The notes: generated by a model not told the origin, from the letters alone. A stretch of DNA of 64,000 bases from an uncultured delta proteobacterium (GCA_963796685.1 CAWCMR010000025.1:1408001-1472000), one strand, 5' to 3'. Counted from the stretch's first letter, positions 41,130 to 54,423 are shown. Numbers and translations: made by a program.

Positions 41130-41642
41130 TTACTTCTCAATCACCCCGCAGGCGATACGGGCGCCCGCGTTTCCCGCCGGATCGCTCTTCATGTCGTCGG
41201 CCTTGGCGTGGATGACGATGGCGGTGCCGCCATTGCCGTAAAGAGAGTTTGCGCCACTGCCGAGATCGACGCTCTTGTTGGCGATGGTGGCCTTGGCGTT
41301 GCCCTTGGCGTCGGCGGTGAAGTTGAGCATGTCGCCGGCGTGGTGGCCTTTGGGATTCTCGAGACCGTGCTCTTTGCCATCGGGATTGAAGTGGCCCCCG
41401 GCCGACTTGAAATCCGGGGGATCGCATTTCGCGGTTTGATGGAAGTGAATGGCGTGCTCGCCGGGAGGCAGTCCGTGGAGATCCAGCTTGAGGATGACGC
41501 CCGAACCGGCGGACTTGATATGGACGGCTCCAACATCTTTGCCGTCTGTGTTCTTGAGCTTGACCGTGACCCCGTTTGCCTTGGCGCTGGCTGTGGACGA
41601 CACCAACGTAAACAGGAAGAGAAAGACGATGGGAGTGCGCAT
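41130..41642 (-). CDS. sodC: Cu/Zn superoxide dismutase (exported)
   Basis: Signal peptide; HAIHFH, GGHFNP, HG...[22 protein letters not shown]. Confidence 0.93.
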   Translation of the reverse strand: MRTPIVFLFLFTLVSSTASAKANGVTVKLKNTDGKDVGAVHIKSAGSGVILKLDLHGLPPGEHAIHFHQTAKCDPPDFKSAGGHFNPDGKEHGLENPKGHHAGDMLNFTADAKGNAKATIANKSVDLGSGANSLYGNGGTAIVIHAKADDMKSDPAGNAGARIACGVIEK

Positions 41643-41705
41643 GGTGGGCTAGCCTAGCGCGGATAGGGTGCTCGTCCAGGCCGGCGATTTTCGACCCCGG
41701 CCGAG

Positions 41706-44093
<2,388 letters not shown>

Positions 44094-44280
44094 GCCGTCA
44101 GAATATCAGCAGCCCATGCGCCTGTCAGGAAGCCCCCTCACCACCAAGCGTTCAAAGCCCACCACATCGGGTGGTGAAATTCTAACACCTACCAGTTCAT
44201 ACATCTGGCAGTTATAGTTATTTCCAGTAGTTACGCTTCACGCCACGCTGGAGCGTACATTGCTTGAGAGTGTCTTCGCC

Positions 44281-45018
44281 ATGGAATCGATCGTCACCTC
44301 ACGCCAGACAAACAGGACATTCCCGCCCAGCAAGTCGCGCGCCGCGTCGGCCTTGGCTCTGCCCAAGGTGCTTCTGTGCGACCTCGATGGCACCCTGATC
44401 GACACCATGCCCATTCTGGCTGACCTGGCCACGGAAGTCATGATCGGCATGTATGGGGTTCCCAAGACGTTGGCGCGCGAGCTCTACTTGGCGACTTGCG
44501 GCCTGCCCTTCATTGCGCAGCTCGAGGACATCTTTCCGGGCGACGCACGCAACCAGGCAGCCTCGGATCTGTTCGAGAGTGGCAAGCCCCCCCGTTGCAA
44601 TGCTGCCCGTATGCCGGCGGACACCCGCGCGGCCCTCATGGAGCTGCGCCGCCGGGGCGTGCGTATCGCGGTTTCCTCGAACAACGGCCGCGACAACGTC
44701 GAGGCTTTTGCCCGCAGCGCCGATTTCTCCTTCGACCTCGTCATGGGCTACGGCAACGGGCTGTCCAAGGGTCGGCCGCACGTGCAGATGGTCGAGCGCG
44801 TGTTCGGCGTGGGTCGCGGCCAGATGCTCTTCATCGGCGACTCGCTTCACGACGGCGAGATCGCGCATGCCGAGGGTCTGTCCTTCGTCGGCGTGGCGGG
44901 AACTTTCTCCAAAGAGAGCTTCTTGCTCCGCTTTCCCGGGCAGCCGGTGGTGCACCGCTTTGACGAGCTGCTCGGTCTCTTCGAGGCTCCGGCCGCGGCC
45001 GTGGCTGCCGGGTACTAG
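44281..45018 (+). CDS. HAD-superfamily hydrolase
   Basis: DLDGTLIDT, SSN, K, FIGDSLHD motifs; start uncertain. Confidence 0.85.
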   Translation: MESIVTSRQTNRTFPPSKSRAASALALPKVLLCDLDGTLIDTMPILADLATEVMIGMYGVPKTLARELYLATCGLPFIAQLEDIFPGDARNQAASDLFESGKPPRCNAARMPADTRAALMELRRRGVRIAVSSNNGRDNVEAFARSADFSFDLVMGYGNGLSKGRPHVQMVERVFGVGRGQMLFIGDSLHDGEIAHAEGLSFVGVAGTFSKESFLLRFPGQPVVHRFDELLGLFEAPAAAVAAGY

Positions 45019-45026
45019 GATCGGCC

Positions 45027-45767
45027 ATGAACGTGGTGCTGCTGGCAGCCGGGCTGGGAAGCCGACTCGGCCCGCTCACCCGGGATCTGCCCAAGGCGCT
45101 GATTCCCGTCGCCGGCAAGCCGCTCTTGCTTCACGCCGTGTCCTTTGCCGCAAGTTTGCGCCCCACGCGCATCATCGTGGTGGGCGGATTCTGCTTCTCG
45201 CGAGTGAAGGACGTCCTGGGGAGCGCTCCCCACGCGGAAGCTGCTGCGCTGCCCATCGACTTGGTCGAGAACACGCAGTTTCGTGACGGCAACTTGGTGT
45301 CGCTGCTCACCGCCAAGCCGCTTGTCACCGAGGGCTTTCTGGTCATGAACGTGGACCACATCTATCGGCCCAGCATCGCGGAAGTGGTTGCGCCCGAGGT
45401 GAGCGCGGTGACCGCGTTCATCGACACCGACCGCAAGCTCGGCCACGACGACATGAAGGTCGAACGCGGTACCGATGGCCGTATCGTCGCCATCGCCAAA
45501 ACATTGACGAAATTCGACTGCGGCTACGTGGGCATGACCCGCGTACCGACGGCATTGCTCGGCCGCTATTTCGAGGAGGCCGATCGCGCCCTCGCCGAGG
45601 AAGGCCGCGCCATCCATGTCGAGCGCATCCTGGGCCGACTGGCCCGAACCGGCTTCGCCCCCACCTGCCGGGACATCAGCGGCCATGGCTGGTTGGAGGT
45701 CGACACCCCCGACGAGCGCGCGGCGGCCGAGGCGACGCTGGCCGCCGGCGCGGGCCGCTGGGCTTGA
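45027..45767 (+). CDS. NTP transferase (LicC/IPCT-like cytidylyltransferase)
   Basis: LLAAGLGSRL...PKAL, NVDH, DMKV, WLEVDTPDE. Confidence 0.82.
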   Translation: MNVVLLAAGLGSRLGPLTRDLPKALIPVAGKPLLLHAVSFAASLRPTRIIVVGGFCFSRVKDVLGSAPHAEAAALPIDLVENTQFRDGNLVSLLTAKPLVTEGFLVMNVDHIYRPSIAEVVAPEVSAVTAFIDTDRKLGHDDMKVERGTDGRIVAIAKTLTKFDCGYVGMTRVPTALLGRYFEEADRALAEEGRAIHVERILGRLARTGFAPTCRDISGHGWLEVDTPDERAAAEATLAAGAGRWA

Positions 45768-45774
45768 CCCTCGC

Positions 45775-47052
45775 ATGAGCGGAGCCGGCCAGACCCTCTG
45801 GTTTCCCTACGCCCAGATGCAGGGGCTGGAGATCCAGAACGAGGTGGTGCGTGCCGAGGGCGTTCGTCTGCACCTGCGCGACGGACGCACCCTGATCGAT
45901 GCTATCGCCAGTTGGTGGTGCGTGATTCACGGGTACAACCATCCCGAGCTGAATGCGGCCCTGCGTGCGCAGGCAGAGGATTTCGCGCACGTCATGCTGG
46001 GCGGTCTCACGCACGCGCCGGCGCAGCGCCTGGCGGATCGTCTGGTGGCGTTGGCGCCCCCCGGCCTCGCGCACGTGTTCTTCGCGGACTCGGGCTCGGT
46101 GGGCATGGAAGTGGCCATGAAGATGGCCGTGCAGTACTGGAAGAACCTCGGGGTGCCGGGTAAGCACGCGTTTCTGTCTTTGCGCCACGCCTACCACGGC
46201 GACACCACGGGCGTGATGAGCCTCGGCGATCCGGAAGACGGCATGCACCGCTTGTTCGCGGGCTATCTGCCCAAGCAGCACTTCGTGCCCCCGCCCGAGG
46301 GCATGGGGGGCGGGCGCGGCGCGATCCGGCGCTCGGTCGACGAGGCGTTGTCCGCGCTGGCAGAGACCCTGCGCCTTTGCGCGCACGAGATCGCCGCCTT
46401 TGCCTGCGAGCCGCTTCTGCAGGGCGCGGGCGGTTTCAACTTCTATCCGCCCACCTATCTCGCCGAGGCGCGTCGCTTGTGCGACGAGCACGGCGTGCTG
46501 CTCATCTGCGACGAGGTGGCCACGGGTTTCGGTCGCACCGGAACCCTGTTCGCGTGCGAGCAGGCCGGCATCACCCCGGACGTCATGGTGCTGGCCAAGG
46601 GGCTCACCGCCGGGTACCTGGGACTGTCCGCGACCCTGGCCACCGATCGCGTGTTCGCAGCCTTTCTCGGCGACGGTCAGGACAAGGCGTTCATGCACGG
46701 GCCGACCTTCATGGGCAACGCCCTGGCCTGCGCCGTGGCCCTGGCGAGCCTGCACCTCTTCGAGCGCGATGGGTACCTCGACAAGATCCGGCGTATCGAG
46801 GACATCCTGCGCGAGGAGTTGCTCGGCCTGCGCGCGGATGCCGTCGCCGAAACGCGCGTGTTCGGAGCCTGCGGCGTCATCGAGGTTCACGAGGCCAAGG
46901 CGTGGCAAGGCATTCAGGCCTTCGCCAGCCAGCGCGGGGTGTGGTTGCGGCCCTTCGACAAGGTCGTTTACACCATGCCGGCCTACGTGATCGACGAGGC
47001 AAGTCTGCGCCAAGTGTGCCGGACCATGCGGGCCTGGTTCGGGTCAAGCTAG
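45775..47052 (+). CDS. bioA: adenosylmethionine-8-amino-7-oxononanoate transaminase
   Basis: SWWCVIHG, SGSVGMEVAMK, YHGDT, DEVATGFGRTG, AKGLT, HGPTFMGN. Confidence 0.92.
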   Translation: MSGAGQTLWFPYAQMQGLEIQNEVVRAEGVRLHLRDGRTLIDAIASWWCVIHGYNHPELNAALRAQAEDFAHVMLGGLTHAPAQRLADRLVALAPPGLAHVFFADSGSVGMEVAMKMAVQYWKNLGVPGKHAFLSLRHAYHGDTTGVMSLGDPEDGMHRLFAGYLPKQHFVPPPEGMGGGRGAIRRSVDEALSALAETLRLCAHEIAAFACEPLLQGAGGFNFYPPTYLAEARRLCDEHGVLLICDEVATGFGRTGTLFACEQAGITPDVMVLAKGLTAGYLGLSATLATDRVFAAFLGDGQDKAFMHGPTFMGNALACAVALASLHLFERDGYLDKIRRIEDILREELLGLRADAVAETRVFGACGVIEVHEAKAWQGIQAFASQRGVWLRPFDKVVYTMPAYVIDEASLRQVCRTMRAWFGSS

Positions 47053-47058
47053 GGCTCC

Positions 47059-48282
47059 ATGGCCATCGCCGACGCCTCCTCCGTTTTGCAGAGCCGAAAC
47101 GTCATTCTCTTCCTGGCAGCCCGCTTCTGCTCGGCCATGGCGCGCATGATGGTCAGCGTGGCCGTGGGCTGGCAGGTCTACGCGCTCACTCACAGCGCCT
47201 TCGCGCTCGGCATGGTGGGCCTGGCGCAATTTCTGCCGGCGTTTCTTCTCACCTTGCCCGGGGGACTGGCGGCGGATCGGTTCGATCGGCGCACCATGCT
47301 GCTGGCCTCCCTCACGCTGGAGATCCTGGTCGGAGCGGCCTTGCTCGCGCTGTCCTTGCGCCCGTCCCCGAGCGCGACGTGGATTTTCGGCGTGATTGCC
47401 TTCATCGGCGTGGGGCGTGCCTTCATGGCCCCGGCCAACAGCGCGCTGCTGCCCTTGCTCGTCCCGCCCGAGCTCTTTCCGCGCGCGGTGGCCTGGAATT
47501 CCACCGCGTTTCAAGTCGCCACCATCGCGGGCCCGGCCCTCGGCGGAATTCTCTACACCCTCGGTCCGTGGCTGGTCTACGGCACCTCGACCGGGCTCCT
47601 TATCACGGGTTTCGCCCTCATCGCCAGCATGCGCGGCCGCTACCGGGCGCATAGCGGCTCGGCCGGTTGGCACGGATTGCTCGAGGGCGTGCGCTACGTG
47701 TTCGCCAAGAAGGCCATCCTGGGCGCCATCTCGCTCGATCTGTTCGCAGTGCTGTTCGGTGGGGCCACCGCGCTTCTGCCCATCTTCGCCCGCGACATCC
47801 TGCGCACGGGGCCGTGGGGCCTGGGCCTTCTGCGCAGCTCGCCCGCCATCGGAGCGGCCATCATGGCCTTGTGGATGGCGCACAATCCCATCCGCGGGGG
47901 TGCCGGCCGGCGCATGTTCGTCGGGGTCGCCCTGTTCGGGGTTTCCACCATCGTCTTCGCGCTCTCGCGCAGCTTCTGGCTCTCCGCCGTCGCGCTCGTC
48001 GTCCTGGGCGGCGCGGACATGGTCAGCGTCATCGTACGCGGTACCCTGGTGCAGGTCTCCACGCCCAATGCCATGCGTGGCCGGGTCAGCGCGGTCAACA
48101 TGCTCTTCATCGGCGCCTCCAACGAGCTCGGCGAGTTCGAGTCCGGTGTCACCGCGGCCTGGTTCGGCACGGTCCCGGCCACGGTGCTGGGCGGCGTGGG
48201 AACCTTGATCGTCGTGCTCTTCTGGCTGCGCCTCTTCCCGACCTTGCGCAAGGCCGATCGACTGGAAAACGCAGTGGAATAG
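47059..48282 (+). CDS. MFS transporter (EntS/MFS_3-like)
   Basis: About 12 TM segments, GLAADRFDRR motif A, SLDLFAVLFGG, NELGEFESG. Confidence 0.9.
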   Translation: MAIADASSVLQSRNVILFLAARFCSAMARMMVSVAVGWQVYALTHSAFALGMVGLAQFLPAFLLTLPGGLAADRFDRRTMLLASLTLEILVGAALLALSLRPSPSATWIFGVIAFIGVGRAFMAPANSALLPLLVPPELFPRAVAWNSTAFQVATIAGPALGGILYTLGPWLVYGTSTGLLITGFALIASMRGRYRAHSGSAGWHGLLEGVRYVFAKKAILGAISLDLFAVLFGGATALLPIFARDILRTGPWGLGLLRSSPAIGAAIMALWMAHNPIRGGAGRRMFVGVALFGVSTIVFALSRSFWLSAVALVVLGGADMVSVIVRGTLVQVSTPNAMRGRVSAVNMLFIGASNELGEFESGVTAAWFGTVPATVLGGVGTLIVVLFWLRLFPTLRKADRLENAVE

Positions 48283-48342
48283 GCCTACTCCACAAATTGC
48301 TCCAGCAGCACCTGCTGACCTTCGAGGAGATCTCCTGTTGGT

Positions 48343-48558
48343 TCAGGCACGGATCCTGTCCAGAGTGACTCGCTCCCGCGCCGCCTGGGCCTCCTCGAGT
48401 GTGCGGAAACGGAAGACGCCGCGCGGGTAGTCCCGCGGTGCGACGGCGAAGTAGCGCGCGCAATGGCGTGCGAAGCGCTCGAAGCCGTCTCCCGGCGGCA
48501 CGATGATCGCGGCGCGGCCCATCTCCTCGAGCGAATGGAATCTTTGCACGCGGTTCAT
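48343..48558 (-). CDS. small hypothetical protein, partner of the nucleotidyltransferase
   Basis: 71 aa with internally repeated motif (VQRFHSLEE / VFRFRTLEE); 4-bp overlap with upstream gene. Confidence 0.65.
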   Translation of the reverse strand: MNRVQRFHSLEEMGRAAIIVPPGDGFERFARHCARYFAVAPRDYPRGVFRFRTLEEAQAARERVTLDRIRA

Positions 48559-49034
48559 GACGGTTCATCTTCGATGCCGAACGCCTGGCGCAGCATCGCC
48601 GCGTCCTGGTGGTCGAGCGGTCGGATGGTGCCCCGCTTCAGGCGATAGAGGGCGCCAGGGGTGGCCACACGGATGCGCACGCCTGCTACCGTCTTCGTCT
48701 CCGCTTCCACGGTCTCGTAGCTGGCGGCCGATCCCAGGCGAGTCAGGATGTCGAAGTAGAGATCACCGCTGGGTGGGTAGTAGCGCACCGCCGGGTACTC
48801 GCCGAGCAGGTCCTCGGCTTTGATGTCGTCGATATTCGGATCGTCGCCATAGACCGCCCGAAAAGCACGGCGCAGGCGTTCGATGTTCTCGTATGTGCCC
48901 CGGATGAAGATGTCGAGGTCCTCCGTGGCACGCACCACGCCGTGCACGCCCATGGCCGCCGCCCCGACGAGAACATATTCCACCATCTCCCGGTCGAAGG
49001 CAGCGAGCGCCCGAAGCATTTCGTCTCGATCCAC
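48555..49034 (-). CDS. nucleotidyltransferase (AbiEii/DUF6036-like)
   Basis: YVLVGAAAMGVHGVVRATEDLD (G-x-RxTxDxD) and LKRGTIRPLDHQDA; GTG start. Confidence 0.8.
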   Translation of the reverse strand: MDRDEMLRALAAFDREMVEYVLVGAAAMGVHGVVRATEDLDIFIRGTYENIERLRRAFRAVYGDDPNIDDIKAEDLLGEYPAVRYYPPSGDLYFDILTRLGSAASYETVEAETKTVAGVRIRVATPGALYRLKRGTIRPLDHQDAAMLRQAFGIEDEPS

Positions 49035-49154
49035 TCCGCAAGCGTACCCCGTCCCGCGCCAATCCCCAAGCCGAAGGCGGACCAGGGCGCGGGCAACGCT
49101 CAGGCAAGGCCGACCGACTGGAAAACGCCGTCGAATAGCGGGAAGCTGACCGCC

Positions 49155-50135
49155 ATGCCTCGCCGTGTATTTCTGCTTTCGTTGCTGTTCGTTCTTCTCG
49201 GTGCCTCGGCCTTCGATCCGGGAACGCGCCCGCGCGAGCGCAACGCCATCCTCATCTCGTGGGATGGGGCCCTGCGCGAGCACGTGCACGGCGATATCGC
49301 GCGCGGCAAGCTCCCCAACCTGGCCAAGCTCGCCCGCATGGGCGCACTCGTGGATATGGATGTCACCGGTCACCAGACCGACACCAAGGCCGGGCACGCG
49401 GAGATGCTCACCGGGTACGGTCCCGCGCTCACGGGCGTGTACTCGGATGGCAAGTTCGACCCGATCCCGCGCGGCTACTCGATCTTCGAGCGGCTGACCC
49501 AAGCCTTCGGCAAGCAGGGCATCACCACCATCATGCTGACCGGCAAGGATCACAACCTCGGCTCGCGCGGTCCCGGCCTGCTCAGCCACGGCGAGCCCTT
49601 CTACCTGGTTCGCCCGGACATCACGGTGTGGGACGGCGACGAGATGCGGCCGGCCTCTGTGGTCGGCGAGAAGGCCGTGCGCTACATCCGCGAGTACGCC
49701 AAGAAGGGGCGATTCTTCCTCTTCATCCACTTCGCCGACATCGATCTGAGCGGCCACGGCCACGGCGAGGCCTCGCAGGCGTACGACAGCGCCATGGTCG
49801 AATGCGATGGTTGGCTGGGCAGGATCATGACCGAGCTCGAAACCCAAGGCATCGACCGCCGCACCTTGCTCTATGTCAGCGCCGATCACGGGTTCGAGGT
49901 CGGAGCCAAGAACCACGCAAACGCGCCCCACATCTTCCTTGCCGCGAACGATCCATCCGTGGCCACGGCTGGCCAGCAGCGCGACATCGCGCCGACCATC
50001 CTGCGCGCCATGGGCGTGGAGCTGAACAAGATCGTTCCAGCACTTCCCGGCAGACCACTCGGAAATAGGGCAGCTAGAGCACCGAATGGGTTGAAACCCG
50101 AGCAATTCCCGGATTCTAACCACAGAGAACACTGA
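49155..50135 (+). CDS. exported alkaline phosphatase superfamily protein
   Basis: Signal peptide; ISWDG, TKAGHAEMLTG, HFADIDLSGH, SADHG; last ~20 aa encoded by repeat R3. Confidence 0.82.
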   Translation: MPRRVFLLSLLFVLLGASAFDPGTRPRERNAILISWDGALREHVHGDIARGKLPNLAKLARMGALVDMDVTGHQTDTKAGHAEMLTGYGPALTGVYSDGKFDPIPRGYSIFERLTQAFGKQGITTIMLTGKDHNLGSRGPGLLSHGEPFYLVRPDITVWDGDEMRPASVVGEKAVRYIREYAKKGRFFLFIHFADIDLSGHGHGEASQAYDSAMVECDGWLGRIMTELETQGIDRRTLLYVSADHGFEVGAKNHANAPHIFLAANDPSVATAGQQRDIAPTILRAMGVELNKIVPALPGRPLGNRAARAPNGLKPEQFPDSNHREH

Positions 50136-50147
50136 GACGGATGCTAG
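50074..50147 (+). repeat. R3 element, CTAG-flanked, copy 2
   Basis: CTAGAGCACCGAATGGGTTGAAACCCGAGCAATTCCCGGATTCTAACCACAGAGAACACTGAGACGGATGCTAG matches 13630-13708 except 2 substitutions and one 9-bp unit. Confidence 0.85.
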
Positions 50148-50166
50148 GGTGCGCTTCGGCGACCGC

Positions 50167-50523
50167 TTACCAGCAGGACAACCCGACCCCGATGAGGTTG
50201 CGTTCCCCGGGCTTGCAGTAGCCGCGCGTCGCCCCCGGCGTGGGACAGGCGGCGACGTCCTGGCAGACCGCCCCTTGCGGGCAGTCTTCGTCGATGGCGC
50301 AGGAGGCGGTGCAGCCTTGCAGGATGCATCCCTGCTCGGCAGCCACGTTCTCGAAGACACCCAAACCACCGCTGCAGCTGAGATCCGAAACGGCCCCATA
50401 AGCCCCTGCGGTGAGCTGGCTCATGACCTTCGGGTCGCAGCGACCGAGCCAGTCTTTCACCACGAGCGCTGGTGGCACCTCAGCCGCGGCTTGCCTCGCA
50501 ATATAGGCGGCGGCTTCGCTCAC
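50167..50523 (-). CDS. Cys-rich hypothetical protein, possibly a C-terminal remnant
   Basis: CxxDxDC-type Cys-rich module typical of myxobacterial exported proteins but no signal peptide. Confidence 0.4.
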   Translation of the reverse strand: MSEAAAYIARQAAAEVPPALVVKDWLGRCDPKVMSQLTAGAYGAVSDLSCSGGLGVFENVAAEQGCILQGCTASCAIDEDCPQGAVCQDVAACPTPGATRGYCKPGERNLIGVGLSCW

Positions 50524-50609
50524 GGCTCTGCTTGGCGCGATTCTTCCTAGGCGAGTCGAGCGCTCTATTTCGGCCTTGCTCGTGGCGTGCTGGGGGGCAT
50601 GCTGGATGG

Positions 50610-51608
<999 letters not shown>

Positions 51609-51613
51609 CGCCA

Positions 51614-51952
51614 TTACGAACCGTCTCCCCCAGCATCCGGAAGGCCGGCAGGGTCGTGAACGCGCCGGTCATCTCGATGACCAGCACGATGCCTGTGATC
51701 GGTGCGCGCACGACCCCGGTGAAGAACGCGGCCATGCCGGCGACTGCGAACGCCCGACATGTCACCAGAGGCCGCTGCAGTAACGTGAAACAGCGGCGCA
51801 TCGCCGAGGAACACGCGTGCCACGAGGATCGCGCTGGACGATGCACCCAGCGCCGCCAGGGCGAGCTGGCTCTCGAAGCGACGGTGCAACTCCTCGAGCA
51901 CGAATAGCGCGCCTGCGATAGGCGCATTGAAGGCCACGGCGAGTCCGGTGCC
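51614..51952 (-). pseudogene. ClC chloride channel/antiporter remnant, internally deleted
   Basis: GLAVAFNAPIAGALFVLEEL and, in another frame, GMAAFFTGVVRAPITGIVLVIEMTG; no N-terminus. Confidence 0.8.
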
Positions 51953-52087
51953 GACGTTCTTCTCCCTGGCGACGACGGTCCGGGGCAACATCGTGCTGGC
52001 CGTTGCCAAGCTGTCGATGTCCCCGAGGCCCAAATGCTCTACATCGAGCTCGACAGCTCCCGGCTCCCTTGATCTCGCTGACAGGTA

Positions 52088-53329
52088 CTACTTCTGGCAG
52101 ACGTGGACGTAGTCGATCACCATCTTCTGCGGGAAGACCGTGGTGGAGTCGGGGTTGCCCGGCCAGTCACCGCCAACCGCCAGGTTCAAGATGAAGAAGA
52201 ATCCATGATCGAAGACCCAGGTGTTGCCCTGGATGTCGGCAGGGGTCTTGGTCGAGTAGAGGTTGCCGTCGACGTACCAGCGAATGGCATTGGCTTCCCA
52301 CTCGATTGCGAAAACGTGAAAGTCGTCGGAGAACTTGGCGTCACTCGGGAGGGTGTAAGACGCCGTGGGCCCGGCCGAGCCGGAATAGCCGGGGCCATGC
52401 ATGGTTCCGTGGGCGATCGACGGCTCGCGCCCGAGGTTTTCCATGATGTCGATCTCGCCGGTGTTCGGCCACGAGTTTCCGCCCAGCATCCAGAAAGCCG
52501 GCCACATGCCCTGGCCGTACGGCAGCTTCATGCGCCCCTCGAAGCGTCCATAGGTAAAGGTCTTCTTGCCCTCGGTCTTGAGGCGCGCGGAGGTGTACTG
52601 CCTGCCTTCGCGAGCCTCCTTGCGCGCCTCGATGACCAGGTTGCCGTCGCCGTCCAGCGAGGCGTTGGTCGTGCCGGAGGTGTAGTCTTGAAGCTCGCCG
52701 TTGTACCAGTTGGGGCCAGTGTCATACGTCCACTTGCTGGCGTCAGCGGCCGCGCCAGCGGCGCCCTCGAAGTCGTCGCTCCAAACCAGCTTCCACGTGG
52801 TGTCCGGACACTTGGCGGACGTAACCGCCCCGCCCGTTCCGTTCCCCGTCGCACCGCCCGCTGCCGCTCCACCGGTACTCTGAACACCGCCGGTGCCGCT
52901 CCCACCCCCCGAGCCTTGCCTGCCGCCGCTCGCGACCGAGCCTCCCGACGAGGCCGAGCCTCCCGCACCGCTATCGGCGACGGTGCCCCCAGTTGCTGAC
53001 GAGCCGCCGGCACCAACCTTGCCACCCGCGCCGGCGCTGGTCCCGCCCCTCCCCGTGACGCCACCGGTGGGAAGCGCGCCGCCGGTGCCTCTGTCGACGC
53101 TGGTGCCGCCGGTGGGCAACGCGCCACCGGCGCCGCTGTCGCCGCTGGTGCCGCCCGTGGACAACGCGCCGCCGGCACCGCTGCCGCCGGTTCCTACGAT
53201 CCCGCCGGTTTCTGGTTGCCCACCCGATCCCGAACCTCCCTTCCCGGTCGCGCCGGATCCACCCGACGTGCAAGCCGCGAGTGCAGCGGACGCCAGTACG
53301 AAGAACAGACTGGACACACGTCTTCGCAT
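52088..53329 (-). CDS. GH16 beta-glucanase lipoprotein with Gly-rich linker
   Basis: Lipobox LAAC, GGxGG linker, WSDDF, YTSARL, WPAFW, catalytic EIDIME, LNLAVGG. Confidence 0.92.
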   Translation of the reverse strand: MRRRVSSLFFVLASAALAACTSGGSGATGKGGSGSGGQPETGGIVGTGGSGAGGALSTGGTSGDSGAGGALPTGGTSVDRGTGGALPTGGVTGRGGTSAGAGGKVGAGGSSATGGTVADSGAGGSASSGGSVASGGRQGSGGGSGTGGVQSTGGAAAGGATGNGTGGAVTSAKCPDTTWKLVWSDDFEGAAGAAADASKWTYDTGPNWYNGELQDYTSGTTNASLDGDGNLVIEARKEAREGRQYTSARLKTEGKKTFTYGRFEGRMKLPYGQGMWPAFWMLGGNSWPNTGEIDIMENLGREPSIAHGTMHGPGYSGSAGPTASYTLPSDAKFSDDFHVFAIEWEANAIRWYVDGNLYSTKTPADIQGNTWVFDHGFFFILNLAVGGDWPGNPDSTTVFPQKMVIDYVHVCQK

Positions 53330-53600
53330 GAGGAGCTCCTTGCATCGAGCATACTGGTCTTCCCGGACCGCATCCTGGAAAGTCGAGCCGTGCTCTGCCT
53401 TTTCCCAAGAAAGGCGATGGCGAGGGCAATCGTGACGAGCGTGGTGAACCAAGGACGACGGTGTCGCCGGTTGGGCCTGGCGCCGTGCTGTCGAAGCGCT
53501 GATGTGCATGGCTGGGGCGCTTGAAGGCCGTCACCTACGCCGAATTGGGAAGAATCGGATGCCATCGGCGATCGGCACACTTTCCGCTATCCTTCTGGAC

Positions 53601-54356
53601 ATGCCAGGCAAAAGGAAGCGGAGCATCACGCCCCTGATGGTTGGACATCGTCTGGACGAGCAAGACGCCTTCGACCGCACGACGGAGCACTTCTTGACCG
53701 AAGGCGAAGAGCATGAGGCGCGCGGGTGGGAAGATGTCCTGCCGCTGGATGACGAGCCTGGGATGAGGCCCCGACGTGGATCCGTCGACAAGGTCCCTCG
53801 CCGACGGGGCGCCGTCGTTGCTGTTGTCGCGCTCTGCGTTTGTCTGGTCTTGGCGGCCGCGGCCGGCGGCTTTGCGCTTTTCGCGAAGGGGCGTGTTGGA
53901 GAACCCATGGCGACCATCCGCGCGTGGTTGTCGGTGACGTCTCGCGAATCGACCGCGGTGCGTCCGCCGAATCCAAAATCGCCACAGACACCACGACAGA
54001 CCAACACACCGTCGCTCGGGCCGGCGCTTGCGCCAAGCCCGGCGATGCCACAGGTCCCTGCCGCCGCGCCGCCGGCTAGCGAGGCGGTCGCGATTCCCGC
54101 AAAAGGTCTACGCCCCGAGGACAAGACCGAACATGGGACGACGCCTTTGCCGGATCTCGAGGGCCAGGAGAGACTGAGAAAAGACGCACTCGCCACGCGC
54201 AGACGACGCCATCGCGGCCAGGCGCAAGACGATTACGTCTGGTCTGCGGAGCTGAACGCGTTGGTTCACGCCTCGTCGCTGCCGAGCGTAGCGCAACCGT
54301 CGGCGCAATCGGACGCAGCAACGGGTCGCCATCCTGCTTCCCAGAGCCCGCGTTGA
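53601..54356 (+). CDS. hypothetical single-TM Pro-rich protein
   Basis: ORF with one TM segment and low-complexity periplasmic part; start uncertain. Confidence 0.5.
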   Translation: MPGKRKRSITPLMVGHRLDEQDAFDRTTEHFLTEGEEHEARGWEDVLPLDDEPGMRPRRGSVDKVPRRRGAVVAVVALCVCLVLAAAAGGFALFAKGRVGEPMATIRAWLSVTSRESTAVRPPNPKSPQTPRQTNTPSLGPALAPSPAMPQVPAAAPPASEAVAIPAKGLRPEDKTEHGTTPLPDLEGQERLRKDALATRRRRHRGQAQDDYVWSAELNALVHASSLPSVAQPSAQSDAATGRHPASQSPR

Positions 54357-54423
54357 GAACGCGGGCGCCTCGTCGTACACCCGTTCGCTGGCTCAGGATT
54401 TCGCGACCTCATCCAACCTGCAG

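Noticed and set aside
44100-44270. Lower-GC stretch as a possible dif site or ncRNA
   Set aside because: No XerC/XerD arm match or stable structure seen; consistent with a divergent promoter region
48284-48340. Short minus-strand reading DLLEGQQVLLEQFVE* as a gene remnant
   Set aside because: Too short to assign by eye
52830-53260. GCC/CCG-rich imperfect repeats
   Set aside because: Encode the Gly/Thr/Ser linker of the GH16 lipoprotein
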